In this document: one piece after another, positions 20,369 to 31,563 of the stretch
Layout: each line of letters begins with the position of its first letter
Numbering within the stretch: the stretch's first letter is position 1
IMG/VR virus record: IMGVR_UViG_3300037042_002125
Location: 1-64,000 of that record
Length of the DNA: 64,000 nt
Direction: 5' to 3' (one strand)
The notes under the pieces: model-generated
What the model was told of the DNA's origin: nothing
Database searches by the model: none
The model's input: only the letters and a program-made list of their open reading frames with translations
Program-made: the position numbers and the translations under genes

Positions 20369-22903
20369 TCAGACCACCAACATTGTTTTGCTGATGTTGA
20401 TAGTTGCAGACGTTGCCGCAGCCATCGTAACAATAAGACGAGCGTTACCGCCGCTAATATCGGCAGTGAAGTCGCCCAACACGCCGTTGGTTTCAAGAAC
20501 AGCGTACTCAGTCTTTGTCGTCGTCGTACCGTTATGGATCACCATTATCTCAGACACTTGGTAGTCAGTACCTTGCGTGATTTGAACAAGGTACTTGCAC
20601 GACCGGTACGTTGCAACTGCCCACGAATCAACTGCTGTAGCAGATACTGTAGCAACCGTAGCCTGGACAACGTCCTTGTTGGCGATAACTGCACCAGCAG
20701 ACAGAGATTCCAGTGTAGCGCCACCAATCGTCAGATTCTTGGCAATTGCAACACCGCCGCTAAACTGCATAGAGCCAGAAGACAGGTCGGTACTATCTGT
20801 GGTGTTAGTGAACGTCAGAGCAACCGCAGTAGTTGTACCACGACCAGTGACAGAGGCCAATGTGTCTGCCTCTGCGGTCAGGTACGTGCTAGTATCAATG
20901 CTGTACGTGTCAGCAGCAGTCTTCTTCAGGAAGCCTGCTCCTGCACCAGTCATTGCACTAGCCAAGGCCGTTATAGCTGGGCCAACGGTGTTCTTGATCG
21001 TAACGTTAGAGGCACTGTTGGCATCCCAAGAGCCGCTAAACGTAACTTCAACACCAGTGTTGGTTGCACCAGCCGTAGAAGTCGTTGCACCCAACGTACC
21101 AGAGTTAACCGTCGGCAAATCAGATGTCAACGCCATCGTGCCAGTTGCAGCCGGCATAGTGATGGTCGTCGAACCAGCAATAGCGGTCGGGACCAAGGTC
21201 GTAGAGCCAGATGTAGCTCCAGCAAACGCTACACTAAGAATGCCTGTAAGCGCCAGGTTAGCGGATGCACGATTAAGAGCGACCGACGTCGTACCGATGT
21301 TGACATTGCTATTACCTAGAACTGCACTAGGGATAGTACCGGACAAATTGCCAGCAGTCAGCGAGGTCAAGTTAGCGCCACTTACTGCGCCGAACGAGCC
21401 TGACCACGTACCGCTAGTGATTGTACCGACTGAGGTCAAGCTAGACGTAACAATCGTTGAACCGAGTGTTGTACCAGACAGGACTGCCACATTGTTGATC
21501 TTGAAGCCCTTGCCGGTAGGCACATTCCAGTCTTCACTTGATGTCCAATTTGCATTTGCAAGGTCCCAAATGATCGTCTTGTCTGTGGTGCCGAGCAACG
21601 TAATACCACCACCATCCGCTGTGATGTTGGTAGGTACTGCCACGTTACCCATCTCAATGTTCTTGTCCAACACCTTTATGGTCTGCGTATCAAGAGTTGT
21701 CGTAGTGCCCTTGACTGTCAAGTTACCGTTCACCACCGTTTCAGTGTTGGTATTACCGATGTTGACTGTATTAACGCTAGTGCCAGATGCCGCAATGTTA
21801 ACGATACCAGTTGTCAGACCAGCAGCAATGGACAGCGTACCAGTGGTCAAGCTTGCCCAAACACTTGGCGTACCAGTAGTGGTTGTGTCCACAGCCAACG
21901 TAGCCGCTGCACTGCCATTGTAGGTAGTGCCAGTGGACCAGACCAAGCCAACGCCAGCAGTCAGGCTAGCAAGATTTGATCCAAGTGCAACGCCAGAAAT
22001 GGTCGAGTTCGACAGAGCGCTGTTGGGGATGCTAGTAAAGTTAGTACCAGTCAACGTTGGTGTGTTAGACCAAGTAGGAGCAGTTGGGCTACCAACCAAA
22101 ACTTGGCTAGTAGTACCAGCAGCAAGAAACGCTGTAGTGTCAGCGCCTGATTGATACGGCAGGGAACCTGCAGCACCACCAGCAAGGTTAGTAGCCTTGG
22201 CCGCTGTACCAGATGTATCTTGGTTCAACGTCGGTACGTCAGCGGCCTGGATCGTTGACATCACCACGTTTGTGCCATTACCACGCAGGTAAGAGCCGCT
22301 TGTAACCGCCGCTGCAAACGCGTTCATTGCCAGTTGTGCGCTAACCTGACCAGAACCACCGTTTGCCAATGCCAAGGTGCCGCCAACAGTGACGGTGCCA
22401 CTTGTTGCAGTGTTAGGTGTAAGGCCTGTGGTGCCAAACGAAATGCTTGCAACACCAGTGGACGATGTCAGGTATGTGCTTGTATCCAAGCTATACGTGT
22501 CAGCAGCAGTCTTCTTGACGAAGCCTGTAGTTACGCCAGTCATCAACGTAGCTAGTGCGGAGATTGCAGGTCCCACCACGTTCTTGATCGTGACGTTCGA
22601 GGCGCTGTTGGCAGACCAAGATGCACTGAACGCTGTTTCAACCGTTGTGTTTGTTGCACCAGCGGTTGAACTAGCTGCACCCAAAGTACCATCGTTAACC
22701 GTTGAACCCAGCTGAGAAGTCAACGCAATAGTACCAGAGAGGTCTGGCATCGTCAACGTTCTGTCTGCAGACAGAGTCGTTGGGATAAGGGAAGAGGTAT
22801 AGGCGGAGTTAGCATCTTTGACTGCAGGCGTAACAAGTTGGCCTGCTGCATTGAATACTGTTACTGTTCCTATCTGCAAACTGTCTTTGATTTTGAATGA
22901 CAT
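20369..22903 (-). CDS. Thr/Ser/Gly-rich virion fibre/structural protein
   Basis: Fibre-like composition, internal ~80-aa duplication, C-terminal YRSCKYLVQ..SEIMVIHNG domain typical of large myovirus structural proteins. Confidence 0.75.
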   Translation of the reverse strand: MSFKIKDSLQIGTVTVFNAAGQLVTPAVKDANSAYTSSLIPTTLSADRTLTMPDLSGTIALTSQLGSTVNDGTLGAASSTAGATNTTVETAFSASWSANSASNVTIKNVVGPAISALATLMTGVTTGFVKKTAADTYSLDTSTYLTSSTGVASISFGTTGLTPNTATSGTVTVGGTLALANGGSGQVSAQLAMNAFAAAVTSGSYLRGNGTNVVMSTIQAADVPTLNQDTSGTAAKATNLAGGAAGSLPYQSGADTTAFLAAGTTSQVLVGSPTAPTWSNTPTLTGTNFTSIPNSALSNSTISGVALGSNLASLTAGVGLVWSTGTTYNGSAAATLAVDTTTTGTPSVWASLTTGTLSIAAGLTTGIVNIAASGTSVNTVNIGNTNTETVVNGNLTVKGTTTTLDTQTIKVLDKNIEMGNVAVPTNITADGGGITLLGTTDKTIIWDLANANWTSSEDWNVPTGKGFKINNVAVLSGTTLGSTIVTSSLTSVGTITSGTWSGSFGAVSGANLTSLTAGNLSGTIPSAVLGNSNVNIGTTSVALNRASANLALTGILSVAFAGATSGSTTLVPTAIAGSTTITMPAATGTMALTSDLPTVNSGTLGATTSTAGATNTGVEVTFSGSWDANSASNVTIKNTVGPAITALASAMTGAGAGFLKKTAADTYSIDTSTYLTAEADTLASVTGRGTTTAVALTFTNTTDSTDLSSGSMQFSGGVAIAKNLTIGGATLESLSAGAVIANKDVVQATVATVSATAVDSWAVATYRSCKYLVQITQGTDYQVSEIMVIHNGTTTTKTEYAVLETNGVLGDFTADISGGNARLIVTMAAATSATINISKTMLVV

Positions 22904-22926
22904 GGCGAATCCTTAAAAATGTTAAA

Positions 22927-23838
22927 CTAGACTAAGCGCCGAAACTTGAAAACGTAATTTGAATCTGAATCTGTAGGTGTGTTTGAATACATCTGCAATT
23001 TCAGATGGAGGGGATTTGCTGTCTCCGTTCGGTAGGTACGAAGATACAGACTTCCTTCTCCACTTGCCCCTGCCCGGTGTAATGCAATTTCGTCTGTAGG
23101 CAACGCCAGCGCGGAATTTGTGCTACCGCTATACCAACTCATAGTACCTGAGTAATATTCGTTGTTATTAGTTCCCCCAGAACTTAGATCATTTGCATAC
23201 ACTTGGACTATATAGGTACCTGTTTCAAGGTCAGTGTTGTTTATGCCTACGTCAGACCAATCAGTTGTGAGAGTCAATGCTTTAGTGAAAATCGCCACTT
23301 GATCAATGGCAGTCCCTTCGCTAAGTATCAATCCTCCGCCGTGTTGAAAAGTTCCTGTTATTTCAACATTGCCAGTTATGGTTCCCCCAGTTAGTGGTAA
23401 GGTTTCGTCTGCAATATCGTTCGTGTCCACCAACATTGAGTCAACGGTTGAACCCGGTGGCAGATTCGTGTAAACACTATCGCTCGGTAGCAAGCCATAT
23501 TTAAGCTTGGTTGATGGTTGGCATAGCAGAGAATACGAACCATTAGTAGGAGCATCGTCTTCAGTACCAAGCTCGTCCCATACGATGGTTCCACTTAAGG
23601 TATAGTTGTCAACAGGGGTTACTGTCGTAAATTTATACCTGTGAATTATTCCCGGAATAGGGGTTCCTAAAGCCAAGTCAGTTGCAGGAACATAGAGTAA
23701 GAACCCTACCTGTACATCGTATGCACCATTCCCTGTAGCGTCTGATTGATTTTCGAAAACCGCATTTGCGAAAGTATATTCACCTGGGCTACCACCTACA
23801 AAACTGTCAACGTATAAGGTTGCATTTATAGGTCTCAC
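22927..23838 (-). CDS. putative virion/tail protein
   Basis: LPLTGGTITG fibre motif; lies in the fibre cluster. Confidence 0.65.
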   Translation of the reverse strand: MRPINATLYVDSFVGGSPGEYTFANAVFENQSDATGNGAYDVQVGFLLYVPATDLALGTPIPGIIHRYKFTTVTPVDNYTLSGTIVWDELGTEDDAPTNGSYSLLCQPSTKLKYGLLPSDSVYTNLPPGSTVDSMLVDTNDIADETLPLTGGTITGNVEITGTFQHGGGLILSEGTAIDQVAIFTKALTLTTDWSDVGINNTDLETGTYIVQVYANDLSSGGTNNNEYYSGTMSWYSGSTNSALALPTDEIALHRAGASGEGSLYLRTYRTETANPLHLKLQMYSNTPTDSDSNYVFKFRRLV

Positions 23839-23853
23839 TGGAAGTACCTTTCA

Positions 23854-26124
23854 TTAAAAGTTTGCAAGAATATGTATACCAGTAGTAGACGCGGGCAATG
23901 CTCCCCATTGAAATGTACCAAAGTCACCAGCAGTATTTGTCACTATGGTAGATGCAACGACCACCAAACTATTGCCATCTTGGCGAACCGCTTGATTCGG
24001 AATGATGATGTCGTCCATGCCAGTGTCCGGACCTACACCATTGACATTTCCCTTAGGAACAGTCAGTGCATATATCGTTCCTGTTCGAGTACCTACTGCT
24101 AAGTGAATACGAATAGACATTAGCTGTGCATCTCCACCAGAAGGTGCGCTTAACGTACCACCATTGATAGAGCCAGCGCCTGCGTTATGAGCAAAGTTGA
24201 AGCCCATAGAATATGCACCATCACTGCCTGATAGGTTGCCAATTGGCGAACACGCAACCGTAAAGGTATCAGCATCATAAGAGGTTATTACCGCAACTTG
24301 GTAATCAACATTAGTGTTGTGTATGATTGCTCTATTGCCTGTAACGTGACCATGGGCAACCCTGGTGATAGTCAACGCAGAGCCAGAGCGTGTCCACGCC
24401 AAGCCGATGCGAACCGGGCTTGACGACATGCAGCTAACACCTTGACCAGTGGTAGACACCATCTGGTAGCGTGAAACAGGATTGTAGATATCGCCGCTAG
24501 TAGAGCCACCACCGGAAGGTCCAGTGGGGCCAGTGGGGCCAGCAGAGCCAGATCCAGTTGGGCCAGTAGCGCCTGCTGATCCGCCAGATCCTGTTGGGCC
24601 CGTTACTGTACTATCTGCACCTGTTGGGCCTGTTAAAGCGGGACCGGTAGACCCTGTTGGGCCAGTGACTGTAGATGCAGCACCAGTAGGTCCAGTAACT
24701 GACGGGCCAGTGGGGCCTGTTCCGCCTGGACCTGTTGGGCCTGTCGCACCGTTAACTCCTGCACCTGTTGCTCCAGTTGGCCCTGTTACTGTAGATGCGG
24801 CACCTGTTGGGCCTGTGACCGATGGACCTGTAGGTCCTGTTGAGCCGTTAGATCCAGAAGAACCAGTTGGCCCTGTTACTGTAGATGCGGCACCTGTTGG
24901 GCCTGTGACCGATGGACCTGTAGGTCCAGGAACAGTTGAGTCAGCACCAGTGGGACCTGTAAGAGAGGAACCTTGGGGACCAGTAAGAGAAGCGCCAGTA
25001 GGACCTGTTGCACCATTAACACCATCGGTACCTGTGGGTCCTGTGACTGTAGACGCAGCGCCAGTAGGACCTGTAAGAGAAGCCCCAGTTGGGCCTGTTA
25101 CTGAAGAACCTTGAGGACCTGTAAGAGATGCTCCTGTTGGACCTGTTAAAGAATTACCTTGGGGACCTGTTGGCCCAGGAGTTGTTGATGCGGCGCCAGT
25201 AGGACCAGTGACAGAGGGACCAGTAGCACCATCAATGCCAGCAGAGCCAGTTGGGCCAGTAGCACCATTTGAACCAGTAGGACCAGTTGCACCGTCAACG
25301 CCGTTCGTGCCAGCAGTGCCTGTTGGTCCTGTTACTGACGGACCCGTAGCGCCGTTCGTACCAGCGGTTCCCGTAGGACCAGTTGCACCACCAGAGCCAT
25401 AGGCACCAGTGGGGCCAGTAGCTCCATCCGTGCCGTTCGTACCAGCAGAGCCAGTGGGTCCAGTAACGCCGTCTGCTCCTGTCGATCCAGTTGGGCCAGT
25501 AGCACCGTCTGTCCCGTTCGTGCCGTCGATACCAGCAGCGCCAGTAGGACCTGTTGCTCCGGAGCCTGGACCAGTGGGGCCAGCGGTTCCGGTAGGACCA
25601 GTGGCGCCGTCTACGCCTGCAGAACCTGTGGGTCCAGTTCCACCAGGACCTGTTGGACCAGGTACGGTACTATCAGCACCAGTAGGGCCGGTTATGGATG
25701 TGCCATCATTTCCTGCTGGACCCGTAGGTCCTGGAACTGTTGACGTAGCACCAGTAGGACCAGTAGCCCCTCCGCCTGCGCCAGTAGGACCTGCAGAACC
25801 AGTTGGACCTGCCGCACCAGTTGGACCAGTGGAGCCTCCGCCTGTACCAACAGGGTCAATGAAGTCCATTGAATTCTGCTGGTATACTGGAAGACCATTT
25901 ACTGGGTCATACAATGTAACTGAATACAATTTTCCGTTTGGAATGTAGACAGTGATAGAACCTGTTGCATCTGTAGTTGTAGATCCAGTTGCACTAACAA
26001 GCAAACCTGGTTGCGTATAAATACGTGCAGGTTGATTAGACAAAGATTCATCAATTTGTGCGATGTACCCCACGTAGGGGTTATTATTGGCATCAACGAA
26101 GGTTTTGTGAAAAAGCTGTAGCAT
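23854..26124 (-). CDS. collagen-like virion protein
   Basis: About 440 aa of GPT/GAT triplets between globular ends. Confidence 0.85.
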   Translation of the reverse strand: MLQLFHKTFVDANNNPYVGYIAQIDESLSNQPARIYTQPGLLVSATGSTTTDATGSITVYIPNGKLYSVTLYDPVNGLPVYQQNSMDFIDPVGTGGGSTGPTGAAGPTGSAGPTGAGGGATGPTGATSTVPGPTGPAGNDGTSITGPTGADSTVPGPTGPGGTGPTGSAGVDGATGPTGTAGPTGPGSGATGPTGAAGIDGTNGTDGATGPTGSTGADGVTGPTGSAGTNGTDGATGPTGAYGSGGATGPTGTAGTNGATGPSVTGPTGTAGTNGVDGATGPTGSNGATGPTGSAGIDGATGPSVTGPTGAASTTPGPTGPQGNSLTGPTGASLTGPQGSSVTGPTGASLTGPTGAASTVTGPTGTDGVNGATGPTGASLTGPQGSSLTGPTGADSTVPGPTGPSVTGPTGAASTVTGPTGSSGSNGSTGPTGPSVTGPTGAASTVTGPTGATGAGVNGATGPTGPGGTGPTGPSVTGPTGAASTVTGPTGSTGPALTGPTGADSTVTGPTGSGGSAGATGPTGSGSAGPTGPTGPSGGGSTSGDIYNPVSRYQMVSTTGQGVSCMSSSPVRIGLAWTRSGSALTITRVAHGHVTGNRAIIHNTNVDYQVAVITSYDADTFTVACSPIGNLSGSDGAYSMGFNFAHNAGAGSINGGTLSAPSGGDAQLMSIRIHLAVGTRTGTIYALTVPKGNVNGVGPDTGMDDIIIPNQAVRQDGNSLVVVASTIVTNTAGDFGTFQWGALPASTTGIHILANF

Positions 26125-26156
26125 GTAAATTCCTTGTTATCTGCGCTTGTATAAAA

Positions 26157-26588
26157 TTATAAAGTGACTGCGACAACTTCGCCTTTAGAACCCGCGGCGA
26201 ATACAAACTTGTATAGTGAGAACACCATCATGTTAGTCGTAATCACGTCACCAGTAGCCAAGCTACCAAGAGATTTCCAACGTCCTGTCATGATAGCAAT
26301 CAAACTTGCTTGAGTGTTGATCAGGTTTGCGTATTCCTTAGGAGCAATTGCCCCGAAAATTTCGCAAGCAACCGGCCCAAGGTTTTGGAATGTAGGCCCA
26401 ATGTTTAGGCCAACTCTATGTAAGCCTGTTCCATCCCACCATAGCTCGTTACCAGGTAGGTTTGCCTGTTGGCCTGATCCAGCTACAACACTCCCGTCAA
26501 ATAGGACCTGTAGTCTGTAGTTGGCAGGGAGAAGTCCTCCTCTCCTCTTAACCAACTGATGTGATTCGCTGTATGCGCGTGTACCCAT
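26157..26588 (-). CDS. hypothetical (possible structural) protein
   Basis: GGAG RBS, 143 aa. Confidence 0.75.
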   Translation of the reverse strand: MGTRAYSESHQLVKRRGGLLPANYRLQVLFDGSVVAGSGQQANLPGNELWWDGTGLHRVGLNIGPTFQNLGPVACEIFGAIAPKEYANLINTQASLIAIMTGRWKSLGSLATGDVITTNMMVFSLYKFVFAAGSKGEVVAVTL

Positions 26589-26617
26589 GAGATATTCTCC
26601 GGTTATCTACAATAAAA

Positions 26618-29600
26618 TTAGTCACGTCTGTTGACGAGTTTAAGCTTCTTGAATTGATCTTTTAGCTCGTCCAAGTTAGAAATGATTATTCCTGCGTCTT
26701 GCAATTGTTTAAGTACAGAGATAGCGTCGGGTTTGGAAGTAACGAAGCGAATCACTTCGTCCTCACCACCACCCTCAAGCCAGTTGATGTTCCGGCTAAT
26801 AAGTCTCTTGGCCTTAGCGTTACCTGCCTGACCCTTCTTTGGCAGCATCAGGTACAAGTTACCATCTTGGATAACAGGATATATCTTGATAATTGTCGGG
26901 TCAGCACTAGGCTTAACTTCTTCTCTGTAGAAGTTACGGATAGCCAACTTGGTGCTAAACCCAAACGCATTGAGACCAGCCTTATTAGACTTCATTGTCT
27001 CATAGATGTGTTTGAACATGCTACTTGTGTCTTTCTCGATTGTGAAGCCTTTATCTCTCCACATACGGAACAAGCGTAACAAGGCTTGGTGATATTTAAC
27101 ACGAGCAAACCAGTACTGAGGGCTGATCCGGAAGCCGAAGTTTTGCAGAGCATTTACCAAGGTAGAGTCAGTGCTATCACCACGGTACATGATTGCTAAA
27201 TGGTCATTCATGACAGTGAAGTCAAATTCGCCACTTAGGCCTTGCTCTGGCAGAACTTCCTCAACAGGTCCCTTGTTGCCTTTGCGTTTCTTGTCTTGCG
27301 GACTTTTTTCCACTGGCACAACGATAGGCGTGTCGATTGGGATTTCGCCAACTTGCTTCAGCAGTTCATTACGCATGTCGATTCCATTCGTAGTGGATCG
27401 AGTAATGACAAACACAGACATCTTTGGCACTATGACTATATCGCCATTGCTAAGGCGTACACGGATTTTCTTCTTGCCAATGCCAGTACATACACCATCA
27501 CCGAACTCTGTGTGGACGGCCCTATGCTTGATCAACAGACGTTCTTTACGGACTGCTTCCCGGAGAGCCAACCTGACTAGTTCCTTTGGATCAGTCGTGT
27601 CATTATCGACGTCCTCTTGTGGGACGTCATCCATAGAATCATCATCTTCATCCTCGCTATCATCTCCATCTTCATCAGAATCGTCAGCGTCGTCACCGGC
27701 GTCTATGTCAGTGCTTTCCATATCCTGACGGACAAACTCGTCGTAGCGGATTAGGCCAAGTTCGCTGGCATTGTAGATTTCCATTTCTGGAACATACGGT
27801 ACACGGCTGATCAGCTTTGAATCTGGTAGAAGACCCTTTGTTGGGCAAGGAACTGCTTCAACAGAGTTAGGATTATCAATAAGGTATTGAGCATAATCAT
27901 CTTTGACAATGCTTTGATACCGTTGGAACTCTTCCAAGTACACGCTGAGGTGCTCGTTGAAATCATTGTTTGCCTTGATAGAGTCAAGGGTAATGGGCGT
28001 AGGCGGAAGGTCCTCCAGGCCTGCGTAGTCTGAATTATCTGCTTCATCAAATTTTGCAGCATCGATGATCTTGGCAACTAACCGGCTGACCTTTGTAATG
28101 TCAACAGAGCGATTAACAACCAACCAGTCAAAGTAAATGTCTGTACGCAATTCCTCAGACTTCATTTGTGGTCTGTTAATACGCGAGTTACCTTGCTCCA
28201 ACGTACCAGGTGTCCAGACAGTCTCCATGCGGATTAAGCGAGACACATGCTGGAAGTTCAAACCAGTATCCATGGAGGACGAAACACCAACCATGAACAT
28301 CATGTTATCTTCGCGTTCGAAAGCTGTGCGACCTTCAATCTTGTTACCTGCCGTATAGTGAATCATCATCTGCTTGATATGCCCAGGAGCATTATCATAG
28401 ACGGCTTCCGCACTGGCTTTATATTGGGTAAATATTAAGACCTTACCGATGATCTTTTTGTCCAAATGCTCTTGGCAAATCTTGTAGATCTCTTTTGCTT
28501 TGGGGCTTACATTATCCTCAGCATCTTTTAAGAAGACTTTAGCAGCAGGGTCAGCATCTGGGGCACTAAGGAAGCGTTCAAGGCGAGCCATATAAGGCTT
28601 CAACATAGACTCAAGTTGCTCAGCTACTGTGTCATCCTTAGACTCAAGCATATCTTTCAGCTTAGGCTTTTTAGCCATAGCTTCTTCGATCAGCTTGACA
28701 GTTTCTTCTAAGATTGATTCGTAGAGAATACGTTGGTTATCACTAAGCTCGACACCAATGAAACGCTCGTGTTTAGTAGGCAGCAAGGCCGCCCACTCTT
28801 TACGTTTGGCACTGGCATAAACGCAATGCTCGTTGATCAAGTCTTTCATTGCCTTGATGCCACCAGGCTTGTATGCCAAGATCTTTTCACCTTTAGCCTC
28901 TGCTGCATAGTCCTTGATGAAGTTAGCAACGCTACCGAAGATAGTTGGGTCCAACAGAGCAACTTGAGACACAACGTCTTTAGGCGTGTCTGCAACAAAC
29001 GTACCGCTAGCAAGACGCTTCATTGGGACGTCTTGCATGAAACGTGCCACAGCACCACGACGTGCGGACTTCACATTCTTCAGGAAGTGGCACTCGTCAA
29101 TAATGACCATGTCGAACTCAAACTGTCTCATGAACTCTGCGTTCTTGAAGACCTTGATGCTCTTTGTTCCGTAAGCGACCGTATCAGTGCGGTTCTTCAT
29201 GAAGTTGAAATCGGCCAACACAATGGTGTTCTTAGGAGCATGTTCGATCAGCTTCTTCAACGCATCTTCGCCTTGGGAAGCAAACGTCGTATTAGTTACT
29301 GGAATGACATTCATGCGACCGCTTGTGAAGTACACAATGTCTTTCACATAGTTAGAGATCAGATGCGATGGGCACAAGATTATTGGCTTGAGGCAACGCT
29401 TCTTGTCCAACTCGTTAATAGTGTTGGTGATTGCCAGCGGCGTCTTTCCCCCACCTGCAGCAACCGCCCATATAGCAAATTTGGGACCACGGCGCATTCT
29501 GTTCTGCACACGGAACTGATGCGGTGCATACTTCAAATCCTTGCGGATATTTGGAAGTGCCTCAGGTTTGTACTCGGGATCAAGACCTTGGTCAAGGTAG

Positions 29601-31201
29601 GCTTCACGTTCTGTTCTGTCTGTAGCAACGATCTGGTCTCTATCTTTGGAATACTTAGCTATGATGTTGAGTACTGCCAGAACCTGACGCGTTGTGATGA
29701 CTGAGAGTTTGCTGTACATCACGTCTACGTTATTGCTCAGCAGAGCATTTGCATCCTTGACAATACGGCCAAGAAACCTCAAGCTGGCAACACCGTTAAC
29801 AGGATCTATCTGGTACACACGAGGTGTATAGTCTCCGTCGATATGGTCAAACTCCAGAAGGTCACCAAAGGCATCTGAGTGGACTACAAGAGCTGCCTTG
29901 ATAAGATCAGGGAAGCTGTTTGCTCCACGGAAACGACGGTCGATCATATCCTGATCCCATCCGCCGAGTTCGGCAGAGGTAGGACGAATCTGGAGTAAGT
30001 CGGTTCTAAGCTGCGCCGCCGCGTTAATACCAGTTAGAAGCATTGCAATGCCAGCGTCATCGCTGTCAACTGCCTTAAGCGGCAAGTTTATCAGCTTTTG
30101 CAGATGATAGGCTTTAACTGGCACGGTTGTACCCAAGTCCATTACTGTCAACGCACCTGAGGTGTTGGAGTAGACAAACTTATCGTTCAACCAGTCAGTG
30201 AACACTGGTATGTTGGCTGGCATCCGTTTCTTAGGAGCAGGGTTAGACATGTCGAAGACTTGATTACCGTTCTCGTCAAGATCTACCTTTTGTTGCCAGG
30301 TATATGAACCGTCTTCTTGCAGACCAAAGTCCATGAGACGCTGTTCATACTCTGATGCGCGATCTTCTTCTGGCAAGGTGTAGTACCGCAGGTTAATATC
30401 GACGATCATGTCGTCAATACCTACACGTGGTTTGATGTTGCTACCTTGCAGAGTCTTCTTTACGTCAGAGGTTACGGCAATAACACTGCTAACAGTGACA
30501 GGAACCTGCCCTATTTCACCGTAGATAGTCGAACCCCATTCAGACAATGAGGGGTAGAAGTTGCTGAGCTTTATTTCAAGGAACGGAGCATTGTTCAAAT
30601 ACTCTGCTTCCTTCTGGTGGATAATCCAGTTTGCCCATATAACAAAGTCGTTACCAGAGGTGTCTGCTTCGAGACTTACCAGACAATTCTTTAGGATTTC
30701 TTTGGTACGCATCGAGGTTTCGACAAACTTAATTACCTCGGCACACGGGATGATTGGGGTTTGACCAAATGGTGTTTTCTCAACGCCTATTACAGAGTTG
30801 ATCATATCCAATTTTTCTCTTAGGGGTGCGTTACCTAGAGATTGAATCAAAATTGTCTCACACTCGCTAACAGGACGAACGCCGTTGTATTTAGGAGTAT
30901 GGTAAATGACTGAGCGGAAGTGCAAATCTTTATTTGCAGAGTCCCTGCGGAGAACAGACTTGCCACGGTATGTATTGGATGCTACCTGTAGCGCACAGAA
31001 CTTCTTCATGTCCTTTGCGGGAATGCCACCAAGTTTACCTTTGGTAAACGGATACAAGATGTTCAAAGCCATAGAAGCCGCAAACTCATAGATGTTTTTA
31101 GCACCCGAGCGAGAATTCCAAAGAGAGATAAACGTATTGCTCTTCTGTGCCTTTGTCAGTTTGAACTGTTGATTGGACTTTAGGTTACTTGATGGGCGCA
31201 T
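26618..31201 (-). CDS. SNF2-family helicase/ATPase
   Basis: AGGGKT, DECH, SGT, TGLN, QGNSRINR motifs. Confidence 0.9.
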   Translation of the reverse strand: MRPSSNLKSNQQFKLTKAQKSNTFISLWNSRSGAKNIYEFAASMALNILYPFTKGKLGGIPAKDMKKFCALQVASNTYRGKSVLRRDSANKDLHFRSVIYHTPKYNGVRPVSECETILIQSLGNAPLREKLDMINSVIGVEKTPFGQTPIIPCAEVIKFVETSMRTKEILKNCLVSLEADTSGNDFVIWANWIIHQKEAEYLNNAPFLEIKLSNFYPSLSEWGSTIYGEIGQVPVTVSSVIAVTSDVKKTLQGSNIKPRVGIDDMIVDINLRYYTLPEEDRASEYEQRLMDFGLQEDGSYTWQQKVDLDENGNQVFDMSNPAPKKRMPANIPVFTDWLNDKFVYSNTSGALTVMDLGTTVPVKAYHLQKLINLPLKAVDSDDAGIAMLLTGINAAAQLRTDLLQIRPTSAELGGWDQDMIDRRFRGANSFPDLIKAALVVHSDAFGDLLEFDHIDGDYTPRVYQIDPVNGVASLRFLGRIVKDANALLSNNVDVMYSKLSVITTRQVLAVLNIIAKYSKDRDQIVATDRTEREAYLDQGLDPEYKPEALPNIRKDLKYAPHQFRVQNRMRRGPKFAIWAVAAGGGKTPLAITNTINELDKKRCLKPIILCPSHLISNYVKDIVYFTSGRMNVIPVTNTTFASQGEDALKKLIEHAPKNTIVLADFNFMKNRTDTVAYGTKSIKVFKNAEFMRQFEFDMVIIDECHFLKNVKSARRGAVARFMQDVPMKRLASGTFVADTPKDVVSQVALLDPTIFGSVANFIKDYAAEAKGEKILAYKPGGIKAMKDLINEHCVYASAKRKEWAALLPTKHERFIGVELSDNQRILYESILEETVKLIEEAMAKKPKLKDMLESKDDTVAEQLESMLKPYMARLERFLSAPDADPAAKVFLKDAEDNVSPKAKEIYKICQEHLDKKIIGKVLIFTQYKASAEAVYDNAPGHIKQMMIHYTAGNKIEGRTAFEREDNMMFMVGVSSSMDTGLNFQHVSRLIRMETVWTPGTLEQGNSRINRPQMKSEELRTDIYFDWLVVNRSVDITKVSRLVAKIIDAAKFDEADNSDYAGLEDLPPTPITLDSIKANNDFNEHLSVYLEEFQRYQSIVKDDYAQYLIDNPNSVEAVPCPTKGLLPDSKLISRVPYVPEMEIYNASELGLIRYDEFVRQDMESTDIDAGDDADDSDEDGDDSEDEDDDSMDDVPQEDVDNDTTDPKELVRLALREAVRKERLLIKHRAVHTEFGDGVCTGIGKKKIRVRLSNGDIVIVPKMSVFVITRSTTNGIDMRNELLKQVGEIPIDTPIVVPVEKSPQDKKRKGNKGPVEEVLPEQGLSGEFDFTVMNDHLAIMYRGDSTDSTLVNALQNFGFRISPQYWFARVKYHQALLRLFRMWRDKGFTIEKDTSSMFKHIYETMKSNKAGLNAFGFSTKLAIRNFYREEVKPSADPTIIKIYPVIQDGNLYLMLPKKGQAGNAKAKRLISRNINWLEGGGEDEVIRFVTSKPDAISVLKQLQDAGIIISNLDELKDQFKKLKLVNRRD

Positions 31202-31232
31202 GGTATTTACCTAGTTGAATTTATGCAATGTC

Positions 31233-31514
31233 TTACTCGGACACAATCTTGTTCCAGTACATATTCGTCTTGTCTGGAAAGTGGTTTATTAGGGCACGGC
31301 AAAGAGCTTTTGTAAACTCTGGTGTCTCATCGCTAAAGAAAACAGAGTTGTACATCTCACAAGCATGGTAGTAGTCGTCATACCCGTTACCAATGGTAGA
31401 TACGATGAACGCAACCTTTGCTTCAATCTCATTTGTTGTTTCAGAGGCGTCTAACTCACTCAACTCCTGAGTGTGTTTGGCAGCTTGTGGATGAGTGTGA
31501 AAAGATGTGAGCAT
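31233..31514 (-). CDS. hypothetical protein
   Basis: ORF on the coding strand. Confidence 0.65.
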   Translation of the reverse strand: MLTSFHTHPQAAKHTQELSELDASETTNEIEAKVAFIVSTIGNGYDDYYHACEMYNSVFFSDETPEFTKALCRALINHFPDKTNMYWNKIVSE

Positions 31515-31563
31515 GATTTAGTGTGCCTAATAAGTATATTTACATTGCATGAAATTACTGTCT

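Noticed and set aside
14186-25948. Plus-strand PVGPV-rich ORFs and long ORFs opposite the fibre genes
   Set aside because: Antisense shadows of collagen and Thr/Gly-rich genes; no RBS or domain signal
9487-26124. Sulfation module modifying the adjacent Thr-rich collagen fibres
   Set aside because: The two lie on opposite sides of the suspected chimeric junction, so adjacency is not evidence
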